A model generated the notes under the pieces. The model had not been told where the DNA came from. It made no database searches and saw only the letters and a list, made by a program, of their open reading frames with translations. Made by a program: the position numbers and the translations under genes. Shown in pieces: positions 45,516 through 57,126 of a stretch of DNA of 64,000 bases (position 1 is the first letter of the stretch; each line of letters begins with the position of its first letter). This DNA is from Macrostomum hystrix (lineage: Eukaryota; Animalia; Platyhelminthes): positions 11,408,001 through 11,472,000 of the forward strand of contig CATNEN010000007.1 in NCBI GenBank assembly GCA_950097015.1, in the 5' to 3' direction.

Positions 45516-48500
45516 TCAGTCGCAGCCAAGGCAGAGGTAGCAGGCAAGGCGGTAAAGTTGGGTGATGGAGACGCGCAGGTAGGAGTTGATGCAGTCGCCG
45601 AAGTTATCGAAGCGGAGCAGCACGGACTGCTGCTGGTAGTCGGTGGTTTGTACCTGGCGGTAGCGGCCGAACATGCAGGCGAGGACATTGTCCAGCTGGC
45701 CGGGCCGCAGGCCGCAGAGCCAGAGGCCACGCGGCTCGAAGAATACGGCCAGCCGAAGCGGCAGTGGGCAGCGGGCGCCGGCCTCGGAGCGCCTGATGGA
45801 GCGCCGGTTGACGCACGGCGGCGGCAATCGGAGGCGACTGGAGCGGCCGCTGCGGAGCTGAAATACTAGGCTGCGGCACAGCTCGGCGCCGGGGTTCTCG
45901 GCGAACAGCAGCAGCTGCTGGAAGTCTCGTCCCGGATGTATGTACAGCACAAAGTGCCAATCCTCTCCATTGGGATTGCGGTGTTCCTGCAGCAGCTGCT
46001 CCACATCGTAGCGAGTGACGTGGACGCTGAGGGGGGACACCTCGAGGCACATGTTGTTCATCAGGCCGCCCTCCGGCTCTGCTTGCGAGCGATCGCGCAG
46101 ATGCGGCTCCGGCGGCGGCTTCGGGCCTGACGACGCCGAGGCAGCGGCATTTGAAGCGGAGGAGGCGACAGTAGACAGTACAGACCGGGACCGCTGCATG
46201 TGAGAGTCAGAGAAGTGGGCGGGAAGACAATGCGTTTGTGCATAAAATGCCTCCGGCCTCAGCAAAGGCACCACTTAACTTGGGGCTGAGGGAAAACTTT
46301 TCACTCAAGTCCTGAAGCTATCACTGAGGATCTGGAAGAGTATGGGATCACTGAGGATCTGAAAGAGTATGGGATCACTGAGGATCTAAAATAGGTTGGG
46401 ATAACTGCGGATCTAAAAGAGTATGTGATCACTGAGGATCTGAAAGAGTATAGGTACAATGAGGATCTGAAAGAGTATAGGTACAATGTGGATATAAAAT
46501 AGGTTGGGATCACTGAGGATCTGAAAGAGGTTGGGATCACTGAGGATCTAAAAAAGTATGGGATCACTGAGGATCTGAAAGAGTATGGGATCACTGATGA
46601 GCTGAAGAACATGCGCTACTCAATACGGAGCCACAATAACTGGTCGTGGCAAGCTGAGCAACAAACCTGACGATTCTCGGGGCTCTCAGGTGGAGTTCGG
46701 GGGCCGCCACCAAAGCCGCATGGTGAGGCATTGGCTATAGTTTCTCCGGCTTCACTGATCTCGCCATCCTCCGGACCCGCCTCGTCCTCTGTTTGGATGC
46801 TCATTGGCGAGCCGAGGTCCAGGTCAATTGGATCAGGCTCCGAAGCCGAGGCATCTGATTGATCTCGGCGGCGGAGTCGGGTGGGAGAGCCAGGCAGAGC
46901 TTCGGATGCCGGCCGCTTCATCGAGGAGGCGGTCGTTGGCCCGGCAGAGACCTGCTCCTCCGGCCTCGGCGAAGGTGGCGGAGATGGCGACGCTGACGGA
47001 AGCTGCTGCGCCGATGTTGACAGGATTGGCGCCGGCGACGGTTGCGGCTCCGGCGTCGGCAGAAGCGAAGGACGCGCCTCCGACGGCTGCTTGGTCGGCT
47101 TGAGCGACTTTGGCGACTGCAGCTTCGGGCGGGGCTCCGACGGTGTAGGCGTCGACGGACCATGGAGAACGAGGCTGCGCACATCAGGCCGGACGGACTG
47201 CGAAAATGTGGGCTGGCGCAGCGGCCCAGCGGGGAGCAGTTCAACGTTGACGATCCAATCGTTCAGGAAGACGGCGTACACCTGAGAGTTGTAGACAGTG
47301 ATTAGAGCACTACTGTGTACGGACACGTTTGCTTTACCGAAGCCATTAACCAACAGCACCTGAAGCCATTAACCAACAGAATCAGAAGCCATTAACCAAC
47401 AGAATCAGAAGCCATTAACCAACAGAATCAGAAGCCATTAACCAACAGAATCAGAAGCCATTAACCAACAGCACCAGAAGCCATTAACCAACAGAATCAG
47501 AAGCCATTAACCAACAGCACCAGAAGCCATTAACCAACAGCACCAGAAGCCATTAACCAACAGCACCAGAAGCCATTAACCAACAGAATCAGAAGCCATT
47601 AGCCAACAAACTAAACAAACAAGCAGCAATTTGAAAACAAAGAGTCAGCCCACCTCAACGCCCTGAGCAATGAGTGCCAAAGAGCTCGAAATCTTGTCGT
47701 TCTGGTTGGGGAAGTTGATTAACGCCATGCGCGAGAAGCCGTCAGTGAAGAAGGAGCTCATGGAGATCCCGCAGCAGGCGTCTCGGACATTGGTCTCACT
47801 GGGTCCCCAAGGGTCAGTGGCGATCAGCAGGAAGTTCGAGCACTGAACGCCCACCGGCGGCGCCGCGTAGACGCTGGGCGAACGGCAAGAAGCGGAGTCC
47901 AGCTGGCAGACGTAGACCTCGTCCACGCGGCAGTTCGGGTGTCCGTTCATCAGCTTGTCCATGACATATCGTCGCTCAGGTATCGACGTGGCGGCGGGGT
48001 GCTTCCGAATTGAGTACAGCATAACAAAGTAGTTGTGCTTGCCGCTCTCATGTTTCAGCTGCGGATGGTGAATCGTCAGTGACACTCGAAAATCATACAA
48101 AATTTTAGATCTAACGACTGCCTAACTCAGATCCCGAGATCTCACCACGAAGGACGGATTGAAGGCGCGCTTGATAGCTCGCTCGTAGGAGTGGCTGCCC
48201 CGCACCAGCAGGAAGGTGGTCTTGAGGCAGCGGGTCTCCACGGTGGGCACGTAGGGCGGGTTGTCGGCCAGCTCGGGCCGGCTGAGCTTGGCGTACAGGG
48301 CCTGCTGCAGGTGCAGCTCATTGCAGATCAGCCGCGCCAGGAGGTTGCGCTCGAAGTTCAGCGCCTGCGGCCCGCCAGAAAGCTGCACCATCAGCACCTA
48401 CGGGCGGATAACTCGGCAGTGGTGACTGGGAAAAGAATGCACAGTGGGTGAGGATGCACAGTGGGTGAGGATGCACAGTGGATGAGGATGAACAGTGGGT

Positions 48501-49171
48501 GAGGATGTAACGTACAGTGGGTGAGGATTTACAGTGGGTGAGGATGTAGTGGGTGAGGATGTACAGTGGGTGAGGATGCACAGTGGGTGAGGATGTACAG
48601 TGGGTGAGAATGTACAGTGGGTGAGGATGTACAGTGGGTGAGAATGTACAGTGGGTGAGGATGCACAGTGGGTGAGGATGTACAGTGGGTGAGGATGTAC
48701 AGTGGGTGAGAATGTACAGTGGGTGAGGATGCACAGTGGGTGTACCTGAAATTGCTTGGCCTGGGCCTCTGCCAGGCCTCGCTGACGCCGGGTGAAGCTG
48801 AGGCGGTGGCAGGCCACGATGTTGAGGTGCTTGGCGCGCAGGTCGCTTATGTACTTATCGCCGGGATCGGAGGGACACTCGAACAGCAGCAGGCCGGGCA
48901 GGCAGTCCTCCTGCCATTCTGACTGCACAATCAGCGGCGCCACAGTCAGATTGAGCTTCTGCAGCAACTCGCAGGCGCCATCCGTGGCTGCCGTGTCGTC
49001 CTCAGACAGTAGCAGGAGGCCGCTGTGGGGCAGGCGGTTGTTGTCCAAGGCCTCCACTGCGCACAGGCTGCCTAGGGCTGGCTGCAGGGACAGTAGGCTG
49101 CTGAGCTTGGCTCGGGCCAACTTCTGATAGGTGTCGTGTTGCTGGGAGCCGCAGATCAGGTACAGGGCCAT
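45516..49171 (-). CDS. Uncharacterised ~817-aa protein with a Pro/Ser-rich linker and divergent RRM-like segments. Exons 49171-48746, 48397-48146, 48058-47654, 47359-46667, 46193-45516
   Basis: Five ORF blocks with GC3 bias joined by four phase-0 GT-AG introns. The C-terminal LWLCGL...MFGRYRQV...SVLLRFDNFGDC segment has RRM-like spacing. Confidence 0.75.
46320..46607. repeat. ~28-bp intronic minisatellite (gggatcactgaggatctgaaagagtat)
   Basis: About 10 copies. Confidence 0.9.
47340..47608. repeat. 23-bp minisatellite (agaagccattaaccaacagaatc/cacc) spanning an intron-exon boundary
   Basis: About 11 copies. The terminal copy is coding sequence. Confidence 0.93.
48433..48745. repeat. 17-bp intronic minisatellite (cagtgggtgaggatgYa)n
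   Basis: About 18 copies filling the intron. Confidence 0.95.
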
Positions 49172-49377
49172 TCAGCTGGTGCCGGCTGCAGACTTCCAGG
49201 CTCCCCTTGGCAAGGCTGCTTGAGCAGATCAGTGTATGCGGAGGCTGAGTCGTACAACTGGCTGTTAAAGCCGTAACTCTGCAAGTCATTGAGCATGAGT
49301 ATTAGACACCTGATTGATGACTAGCGCTGAGACTTTAGAACACCATATAATTAGAATAAAAGTAATTTATTACACAT

Positions 49378-49674
49378 GCCCCAATTGAACCATGTGTAAT
49401 CAATTATGTGCAGCCGACAACACAGCCGCAGCTATTGTGCGGCGCATATGAAGGCTCCGTACAGCTGTTCAGTCCATGGACTGGGCGGAGGCCATACCCA
49501 ACCTCAATTACTCCAGCTTTTCCTGGCACCCATTTAACAGCTGGGTGAACTGAAGCAATGCAGTGTTAAGTGAGTTGCTACAGGACACAATTTGTTCAAG
49601 TGGATTCGGGAATCGAACCCCTGATCTACAAGTTGTGAGTCCAACGCTCTAATCACTAGGAGGCTACAACCTCC
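49378..49674 (-). mobile_element. tRNA-derived CORE-like SINE, near full length
   Basis: tRNA-like head (GGTTCGATTCC) followed by TGTGTCCTGTAGCAACTCACTTAACACTGCATTGCTTCAGTTCACCCAGCTGTTAAATGGG. Confidence 0.8.
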
Positions 49675-51369
49675 TCACAAGCCTGCAACCTCATTGTAGC
49701 CTACTATATAATAAATACAATTATACCAAAAATTATATATGTTTAAGATTCTACCACTTTAAGGAATGCAAATCAACATCAAAATGTGAATCGGGTGCTA
49801 AGATCTGAAAGTGGCGAAGTCTAGGACTGCCTAGTCTAGTCTAGAATATTATTTTAGAAACTGGGAGCAGCTGACGAAGCGGAAATGGGCTGTACGGACG
49901 AAGAGGAAAAGGAGTGGGGAAGCAGGGACAGGGGAGAGGAGCAAGGAAAAGCAACCCCCAATGAAGAAGGCAGGGAGAAAGGGGAGGGAAGTCAGTGAAA
50001 GGAAGGGATTGGTCCTATTGGTCTCAGGCTAATTGGTCCACTCATCACATAGGCCACAAACACAAACCGGAGAGGCTGTAGGCAAAGCAAAAAGATGATC
50101 CAGGTGAGCGCCACCACCGCACACCACACAAAAATAGAGCCTAAAACTGATAGAAATTTGTGTTCCGCCATAGCTACGGCTACAACTATGGGATCTTATG
50201 GCAAATATGGTAAAATAGGTGCTCTATGGAAATATGGTAGTTGCAGTCACATTCTGTAGTTTCCAGTAACTGTAGTTATATGATAATAAAGAAAAATTTG
50301 TAAGAAACAGGTGAACTAAAACAAAGATACTTGATAAACTGCAACAGATTTAAAAAAATAATTTTAATGTAAGTAAATTCTAACTTGCTTTTTACTTACT
50401 TTAAGAGGAAAAGTTACTATCGGACACTTTACTTTTCTAGTGGGTGACCCATGTTAGCTGGCTCACTAAATTATGAGCAAATAAAAGCACAATCACACCA
50501 CGCAGTGCACAGGACAGTGCAAAGTGCAAAGAAAATACAAATTCATCCAATATAATCAATTTATTGAACTCAGGAATTTAATGTTGATCCTAGAATCTAA
50601 TTATATGACAGGTTAAAGACATTTTTAAATTTATTACATTTAACATTTTTTCTTGTTTTTTCTTGCAAGCCCAAATTGTTTTTAGTATTAGATAGATGGA
50701 AACATAAATTTTTCATAAGGCAATTGAGAGTGTTTGTTTTAGTTTGCACCTTAATTTGCTGTCATTTATGTACTAGGCTATCTTCCTCATTCAAAATGGC
50801 TATGGACTATGGGAATATAGTAATATTGGGGTCTATATGGCTATGGATTATGGAGAATTGAAACAAGCCATAGTTTTGCTTATGGCTACAGCTATGGCAC
50901 ATGTACCCTCCTTACAGTGGAACACTAATAGAAATCCCATTGTACAATTACTACAAGCAACAACAGCCACTACACAGAATACTTTTCTGGGACATCCAGT
51001 TTAGGTTGCCACAGGCCACATTAGTGCCTGAGAGCTAATGGTAGGATAGGCTACTCAGACAAAATATTGGTTAAAAACCAAAAACAGTCATTCTTACTGA
51101 GATCAAAGCCAGGGATAAAGGCTCTACAGATACTGAATTCATGATCTTGAGAAGCCAGCTGCTAGGTGGAGGAGAGGTGATTGCTACTTAAATTATGAAT
51201 GCTAACAAGTAAAGGTAATTAGTTCAAGAAACCTCATGACACTATGTTGGAAAGCCTGGAAATCTCATATTTATAAATGCATACAAACAATGATGGTTGG
51301 GTTCTTAGATAAGATTTTTGCTTGTTATTTGTTTAAAGGCTTTTTCAAACAAATTTAAATACAAATAAT

Positions 51370-51532
51370 CAGTGTTGGGCACAGGTCCAATACTCTGATA
51401 CTCTGATACTATCGACTATACAATTTGGGTATCAGAGTATTGGACCTCAATAATTTTTGATGGTATCAGACTATGGTATCGAGCAATACTTTTATCATAT
51501 TAGGTACTCCCGTACTCAATAGTCCGATACTT
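51370..51532. mobile_element. Probable MITE or hAT-like end with an internal 19-bp inverted repeat
   Basis: Begins CAGTGTTGGGC. Inverted pair aggtccaatactctgatac (51383-51401) / gtatcagagtattggacct (51429-51447), plus multiple gatact/gtatc motifs. Confidence 0.4.
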
Positions 51533-54419
51533 TTAACAAATGCTGAATTTAAAACCACAAAAAGGCTGAACTGAAAAAATATGTATTTAAATCATGAAAA
51601 AGATGTTTGGCTAAAAATTGCAACATTTTTGCTCTTTTTTCTATAATGTGTAAGTACATAAATGTGTAAGTACGTAAATGTGTAAAACAGTTTACATTTA
51701 AATTTATATAAACATTTTTTTAATTCGAAGAAAGTCAAGTCATCAATTAATCAACTAACATGCAGTAATTGATTGCCAGTGGACTACACTACACCAATAA
51801 ATTGAACTGCAATTATCCTTTCTTTAGTAGTGAGTAGTGACAGTGAAGTGAAATAGTGTAGCAATTTAGTGACATCTCTGATCTCATCTGACGTCACTTG
51901 ACTCCTTTCACTATTGAGTGGTTACTGACTGATTGGTGGTGGTGACCCCTAATGGAGCAAATTTAAAAAAGCTGCGGATACTCCTGCTAGGTGCGCAGTT
52001 GTTTTTAAGAAAAAGAGCGCAAATCTGCAATTGCTATATGTCTTCAGTCTGACTCAATGTAGTAATTGATTTCATGAAAAATGTCGAAAGACCTTTTTTG
52101 ATCTCCGTAGTGTATTTCTAAAAATAGAACAGGTACATGGTGATTTTGCTAAAATACGGACGCATATACCAAATGACCTTTTTTTGATCTCCATAGTGTA
52201 TTTCTATAATTAGAACAGCTAAGGTTGTCTTTTCGCACTCGGGCACTGCGGAGCATGTATTCATGTAGGGGCACAAGGGCGCACTGTTTGTTATACATCT
52301 ACATACTTACATACTTACGACAACTTTACAGACACAAGGCGTGGCCGCGCGGACAGGAATTGCTTTCTGCGCAGCCGCGCAGGCAATTTTTCACAAGCGC
52401 GCTGGACGCTGTCTGCAAAAACCCCTATCGGCTCCAATAGGGGTGGTGACATTGTCACATTGACATGGCCATGGGCAATGACAATGAGGATAGTTCTATT
52501 CAATGACAGAAAAAACAGGTGGAACTTGAACAGGATGACAATGATCTTTGGCCAGAGATAAGAAACTTTTTTTAATTAAAGCTATCTGCCATTATGGGCC
52601 TGTTGATGGTAGTCGCTGACATGACTCTAATGAGCCTACCTTTTCTCAGAGGCAATCAGCATCTAATGAAATTAGTGGCAAGCATTGTTAAGCATTCTGA
52701 CTAGTGTATCATTTTTTATCTGACATTGCTGATGACAATTTGTGATTAGTGAGTGTTGCACCTCATGCCCGGCCGTCCTTTTGTGCAAGCCGCACACTTG
52801 TGTGCGAAAACTTTGGGGGTTGGAATGACTTGCTAATTCCTTGTTTACGCGATCTCTTGCTTGCTCCCTTTCTTGCCTCAACTTTGTACATCGACATCGC
52901 ACAAATAAATAAAGCCCAAACCACGCAACACCAACCTTTGCTGCCACAACATCATAAAATCTAAAAGGCTTAATAAAACAGTTGTCTCTAAGTTTCTGTC
53001 ACAAATTAAAATAGTAAGTACAGTGAAACAGTTTAGTACATGGTAAAACATACATGCGCAACCTCCCAAATCTTAGCCGGCCGTGCGACTTAGTTTTTGC
53101 TCTCATTTGCAACTTAGTTTGTTTCATTGCTCTATTTACGACTTAGTTTGCTTTGCTCTCATTTGCTCTTTTTCTCTCCCCTTTTTCCTTTTCTTCACGC
53201 CTTCCTTTTTTGTCCCTTGGTCCCCCTTTGATTTTTTTGCGCTTGGTCAATTGGTTTTTTGCGACTTACCTTGCTTGGCCGTTTCACCCGGCCGGTTTGG
53301 AGCCAATCCAAATATTGAGCATTTCAAATACAAATATTGCATAGTTGCATATTACATTGCATAATATAGAAATCAAGAATAAGATGACTAATTGTACAAC
53401 GATTGAAAGAATGCTAGTCAATAATGGGTTTCTTTCATCCTATATATTTTTATTTGGCTATAATTAAATGGTAAATAGCTTAAAAAAGAGATAACTAGAG
53501 CACTGTTAAGTCAATTGTGTTGTAGAAATTAATATGCTCCCAAAGAGTGGTCAGAGTTCACAGCTTGTTGTGCACTTTTCTTTAGTGTCCTTGGTTGGCT
53601 GCAACTTATGCAAGATACAAGATCAATGCTACATGAGCACTTAGGTCATAGAATGACTATAGGGCCTATCACAAAGTCACAAATAGAAAAAATAGAAAAA
53701 CTAATAATCCACTGGTTTAGTGTGAGGGACTCAAGAGGGAACTCTCAAAAATATGGCTAGAGTTAAAAGATTAAGTAATTTACTATTAGTTTTCAACTTC
53801 TATTTCAAACTAAGTAACTTCAATTTCGCCCGTGGGGAGGGTGCTTGTGTGTACTCAATTAGTAACTTCAATTTTGTCCTCAAGACCGGCCTGCCCAAGT
53901 TGGAGTAAACACCTGTACTTAGCACGAGAAATTCGAAAAGCAATCATTTTAAATCAGTGCCTTTTATTGTTTGATAAATTAAAACAAAAAATATAAACTC
54001 AAGCCCAGTTTATTTGTAGCGCCACATTTTGAGCAGGTAAAAATATGAAAATGTAATTATACTATACTTTTTTAAAGAAAGTAACTTGGCACGTAAATTA
54101 AAAGATCATTTTATATACCTCATCTATCTCCCAGATGTAATTTGTTTTTTTCTTGATACGAAGAGGATGTTTCGTATTTCAACTCTTGGAAAATACAAAA
54201 AATTCAATTGTGGGATCAATTATTCACAAAAATGTCATATCTTCTAAAAAGCTTGGGGTCTTGAATCAATTTGCCTTTTGATTTTCTGATCGCTAGACCA
54301 TTTGATTTTGCCTGTTACGCCAAATTTATTAATAAGCAGTCTCTGAGTCTCTGAGGGAGCAGGTGAGTGGGTCGTCCCTGCCGTCCCTTGACTCGAACTG
54401 CGGCTACCGTAGTTAGCCA

Positions 54420-54792
54420 ACGCTCCTTTGGTGGGTCATGGCAATGTGGTTAATAAGCCGCCTCTCAAGAGCCCCGAGACGAGTTCTGGCTGCCGACCTC
54501 TATGCAGGCCTGCTGCAGGCCAATATGTGCGGGTACCCAAGTGAACCTGACGGACTGCGAAACCAGCAATGACATCAATCTTCCTGATAATGTCCACCAC
54601 GATCGGGTTGCTGACACTATTTCTGAGCAGTTGCAGACAGCTCTGACTGACACTCGCTACGGCCGCCATGGACCATTCATTGTGATGTCTCTTGAGCCAG
54701 CCGGTGGCCAACTGCACCGCTCGGAGCCCGGCCTGCGTGGACAAACACGAGTAGCCGGCCGCACCTCTCAGCTTTGCGATTTTGTTGCTATC
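54420..54792 (-). mobile_element. Decayed non-LTR retrotransposon (LINE) RNase H domain, 3' part
   Basis: AGYSCLSTQAGLRAVQLA...SVSQSCLQLL...NPIVVDI, then a frameshifted VRFTWVPAHIG, which is typical of LINE RNase H. Confidence 0.75.
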
Positions 54793-54803
54793 CCCTTTGT
54801 GGT

Positions 54804-55124
54804 CTAATGTAGCAAATCGAACCCAGGAAGGATGTCCATAACGATACATCGCAGCACTGGTAATTGGTGGCCTCGAACAGACAAAGTAACGTCAGCCTCC
54901 CATTCACATTCTGCTGAGTCACCATTCATCATCGTGACCCTCTCGTGAACGGGACGTTTTTTAACTCCAGTAACTCGTGAAGAAACGATGGACCGCGAAC
55001 AACCAGTATCTACTAAAGCAGTAACGACCAAACTATTAACATGAACACTTAACGATGGTAGGTGCGCCGGTGCACAAGGAAGCCCGTTGGCGCAAACATT
55101 CCGCGCTTCCATCACTCGTTTTTT
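54804..55124 (-). pseudogene. pol: Truncated pol: aspartic protease reached by a -1 frameshift
   Basis: ALVDTGCSRSIV motif in the -1 frame. Truncated at FDLL by the deletion. Confidence 0.85.
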
Positions 55125-55822
55125 TGAAAATCGGCGCGCTGCGGGCATCGAGCAGCCACATGTCCCGCTTTTCCACAAACAAAACAACCTTGATTCGCTC
55201 GGTTGCGTTCCATGCACTCTTTGCTCACATGGCCCTCCTTGCCGCACGAGTAGCACGACATCACTTTGTTGCGTGGGGCGAACTTTCCAGCGCTTCGCGC
55301 ATTTCCTGCGCTCGAGACAACACAGCAGGACTCGCGACTGATCGTTAAGTTTCTAGCTTTCTCCGCTAGTTCATGGAGTTCGAGCTCTTTTAGAGAGCAG
55401 GAAGCGATCAGCTGCTGACTGACGGTTGCTGGAAGCCCGCGGACGAATGCGCATTTGATCCATTCTTCCCCGGGGATCTCGTCCACTAGGCGTGCAAGCC
55501 TCGTGAGATCCGCGAGAAAAACGTCCACGGACTCCCCGGGGCCGAGCCTGCGTGACACGAACTCGTCGTATGCTTTGTACTTGTTTGGGCAGAACGCTGA
55601 GGTAAGAGCCGCTTTCAGAGTTTTGTAGTCCGACTTGCTTTCCTCGTTTAGTGCCTGGTACACGGCGAACGCACCTCCCGATAGAAATAGTGGGATGAAA
55701 GCAGCCAGGTCATTCACTTTTTGGAGCTTGACAACGAGTTCGAGCTTCTGTGCCCAGCGCGAAAAATCCTCTTCACCGTCGTACTGCTTGATTATGTCGC
55801 TGAATTTGACTGCGCTTGCCAT
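55112..55822 (-). CDS. gag: Gag with two CCHC zinc knuckles
   Basis: MASAVKF...CYSCGKEGHVSKEC...CFVCGKAGHVAARC. The ORF is intact. Confidence 0.9.
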   Translation of the reverse strand: MASAVKFSDIIKQYDGEEDFSRWAQKLELVVKLQKVNDLAAFIPLFLSGGAFAVYQALNEESKSDYKTLKAALTSAFCPNKYKAYDEFVSRRLGPGESVDVFLADLTRLARLVDEIPGEEWIKCAFVRGLPATVSQQLIASCSLKELELHELAEKARNLTISRESCCVVSSAGNARSAGKFAPRNKVMSCYSCGKEGHVSKECMERNRANQGCFVCGKAGHVAARCPQRADFQKNE

Positions 55823-56032
55823 CGTTGCGTATTGCCGCGATAGCTTGTGGTCTAATGTATTTGTGTAGATAGCAAAGCCCGGGGTTACCACGAAAGCTAG
55901 AGCCGCAAACACTCTTAACGCGGTCCTCGCAAACAAACAGGTAGAACGAATTGTCTATGGGATATTTAGCTGCAACGGTCAAATACTAGTTTCTATATAA
56001 TGAAAGTACAACACATATAAAAGTACAACACA

Positions 56033-56830
56033 CCCTTCCGGGTCGTTTCCTGTGATGGCGCAGACCACAGCTCCCCTTCCTTCGCTCTCTTGACCACGGA
56101 GGTGATGACGTCGACTCCCTTTAACTTCTTGATCTCTTCATTGCCTTTGGCCAGTTTTTCTTCGCAGCTGGCACCCCGACTTCCAGAGATGGTGACAACT
56201 CTCCAGCCCTTTGTCAACAGACGTTGGCGAATACGTCTGCTAGCTAAAGCATACCTCACTGAGCCTTCTTTGCTTCTGAGCAGCCTACAAGGCGCCAGGT
56301 CCAGGTGGCTTCTCAGACAGCTCTGAGCGGGTGCAGGTTGAACTCAAGCAGTGAGGGCCACGTCAACGGGAGTGCTGGGCACGACCAAGCCATGATCCTG
56401 GCCCCATTGTTCTGCACCACCTCCAGACGTCTCCAGGACTCAGCGGTGATCCAGAGGATCCAAGCAGCAGCATTCCACTGCATCCCAGTCCTAGACAGTG
56501 CCGTCGTCTCGGCTTAGGATGTCCAATTTCTCACTGACCTTTGAGCTCATAGCTTCAGCGTGTTTATTAAAATTGATGCTCGGTTCGTTGGTCTGGCCCA
56601 GGAACTTAGGATGCTTTTTTAAAGGAGGCTCGCAACGGCTGTGCCAACAGGGTGCGCAGAGATGACAGTTGTGGGGCCAACGAGGGGCATGAATTCTAAC
56701 CCGGGTTGGGGAACTTATGCCTGAGGCGTGGAGACCTCCAGTCCGCAGCCTGTCAACCGTACTTCAGCAGCACACCGCCAAGCAGGCTCCCAAGCATTAT
56801 TCGAATCTGGCTGCGAACCCTACTGAGTGT
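56033..56830 (-). mobile_element. Decayed LINE, region between RT and RNase H (5' part of the interrupted element)
   Basis: Fragments KFLG..., RLEVVQNNGARI and GAVVCAITGNDPEG. The last joins in frame to DSNKIAKLRGAAG once the LTR element is removed. Confidence 0.6.
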
Positions 56831-57126
56831 CTGGATTCTGATTTGTCTGAGAAAATACGAGCTTAGTATAGTGGTGTCGCTGTTTATTCAGTGGTGTACA
56901 GTTTGTTCAGTGGTGCACAGTTTATTCAGTTTATTCATCAGAAACAGTCATAAAGTCGTTTTTCTCCGTTATGATGGAGTCATTGAGAAAAAGGAGCAAT
57001 AAAACCTTCTTTGTTCATATTTGCAAGTCAGATCTAACTACAGTGGCGCAGTACTGCATGGCTTTCCAAGAAAAACTGACAGCTCTAAGTCAGATGGGCA
57101 AAGTTGCCCCGAGAGAGTCATGGCCT

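Larger units (their letters stand above)
54798..56032 (-). mobile_element. Internally deleted Ty3/Gypsy LTR retrotransposon: 5' LTR 56032-55846, gag, protease and a 14-bp remnant of the 3' LTR; TSD AAGGG
   Basis: TGTG...CACA termini. AAGGG at 56037-56033 and at 54797-54793. TACATTAGACCACA occurs at the end of both LTRs. Confidence 0.85.

Noticed and set aside
54797-55859. 15-bp direct repeat ttgtggtctaatgta read as a long TSD around a captured gag-pro fragment
   Set aside because: Better explained as the shared 3' end of two LTRs. TGTG...CACA termini, the 5-bp AAGGG TSD and a more convincing restored RNase H frame all support the LTR model.
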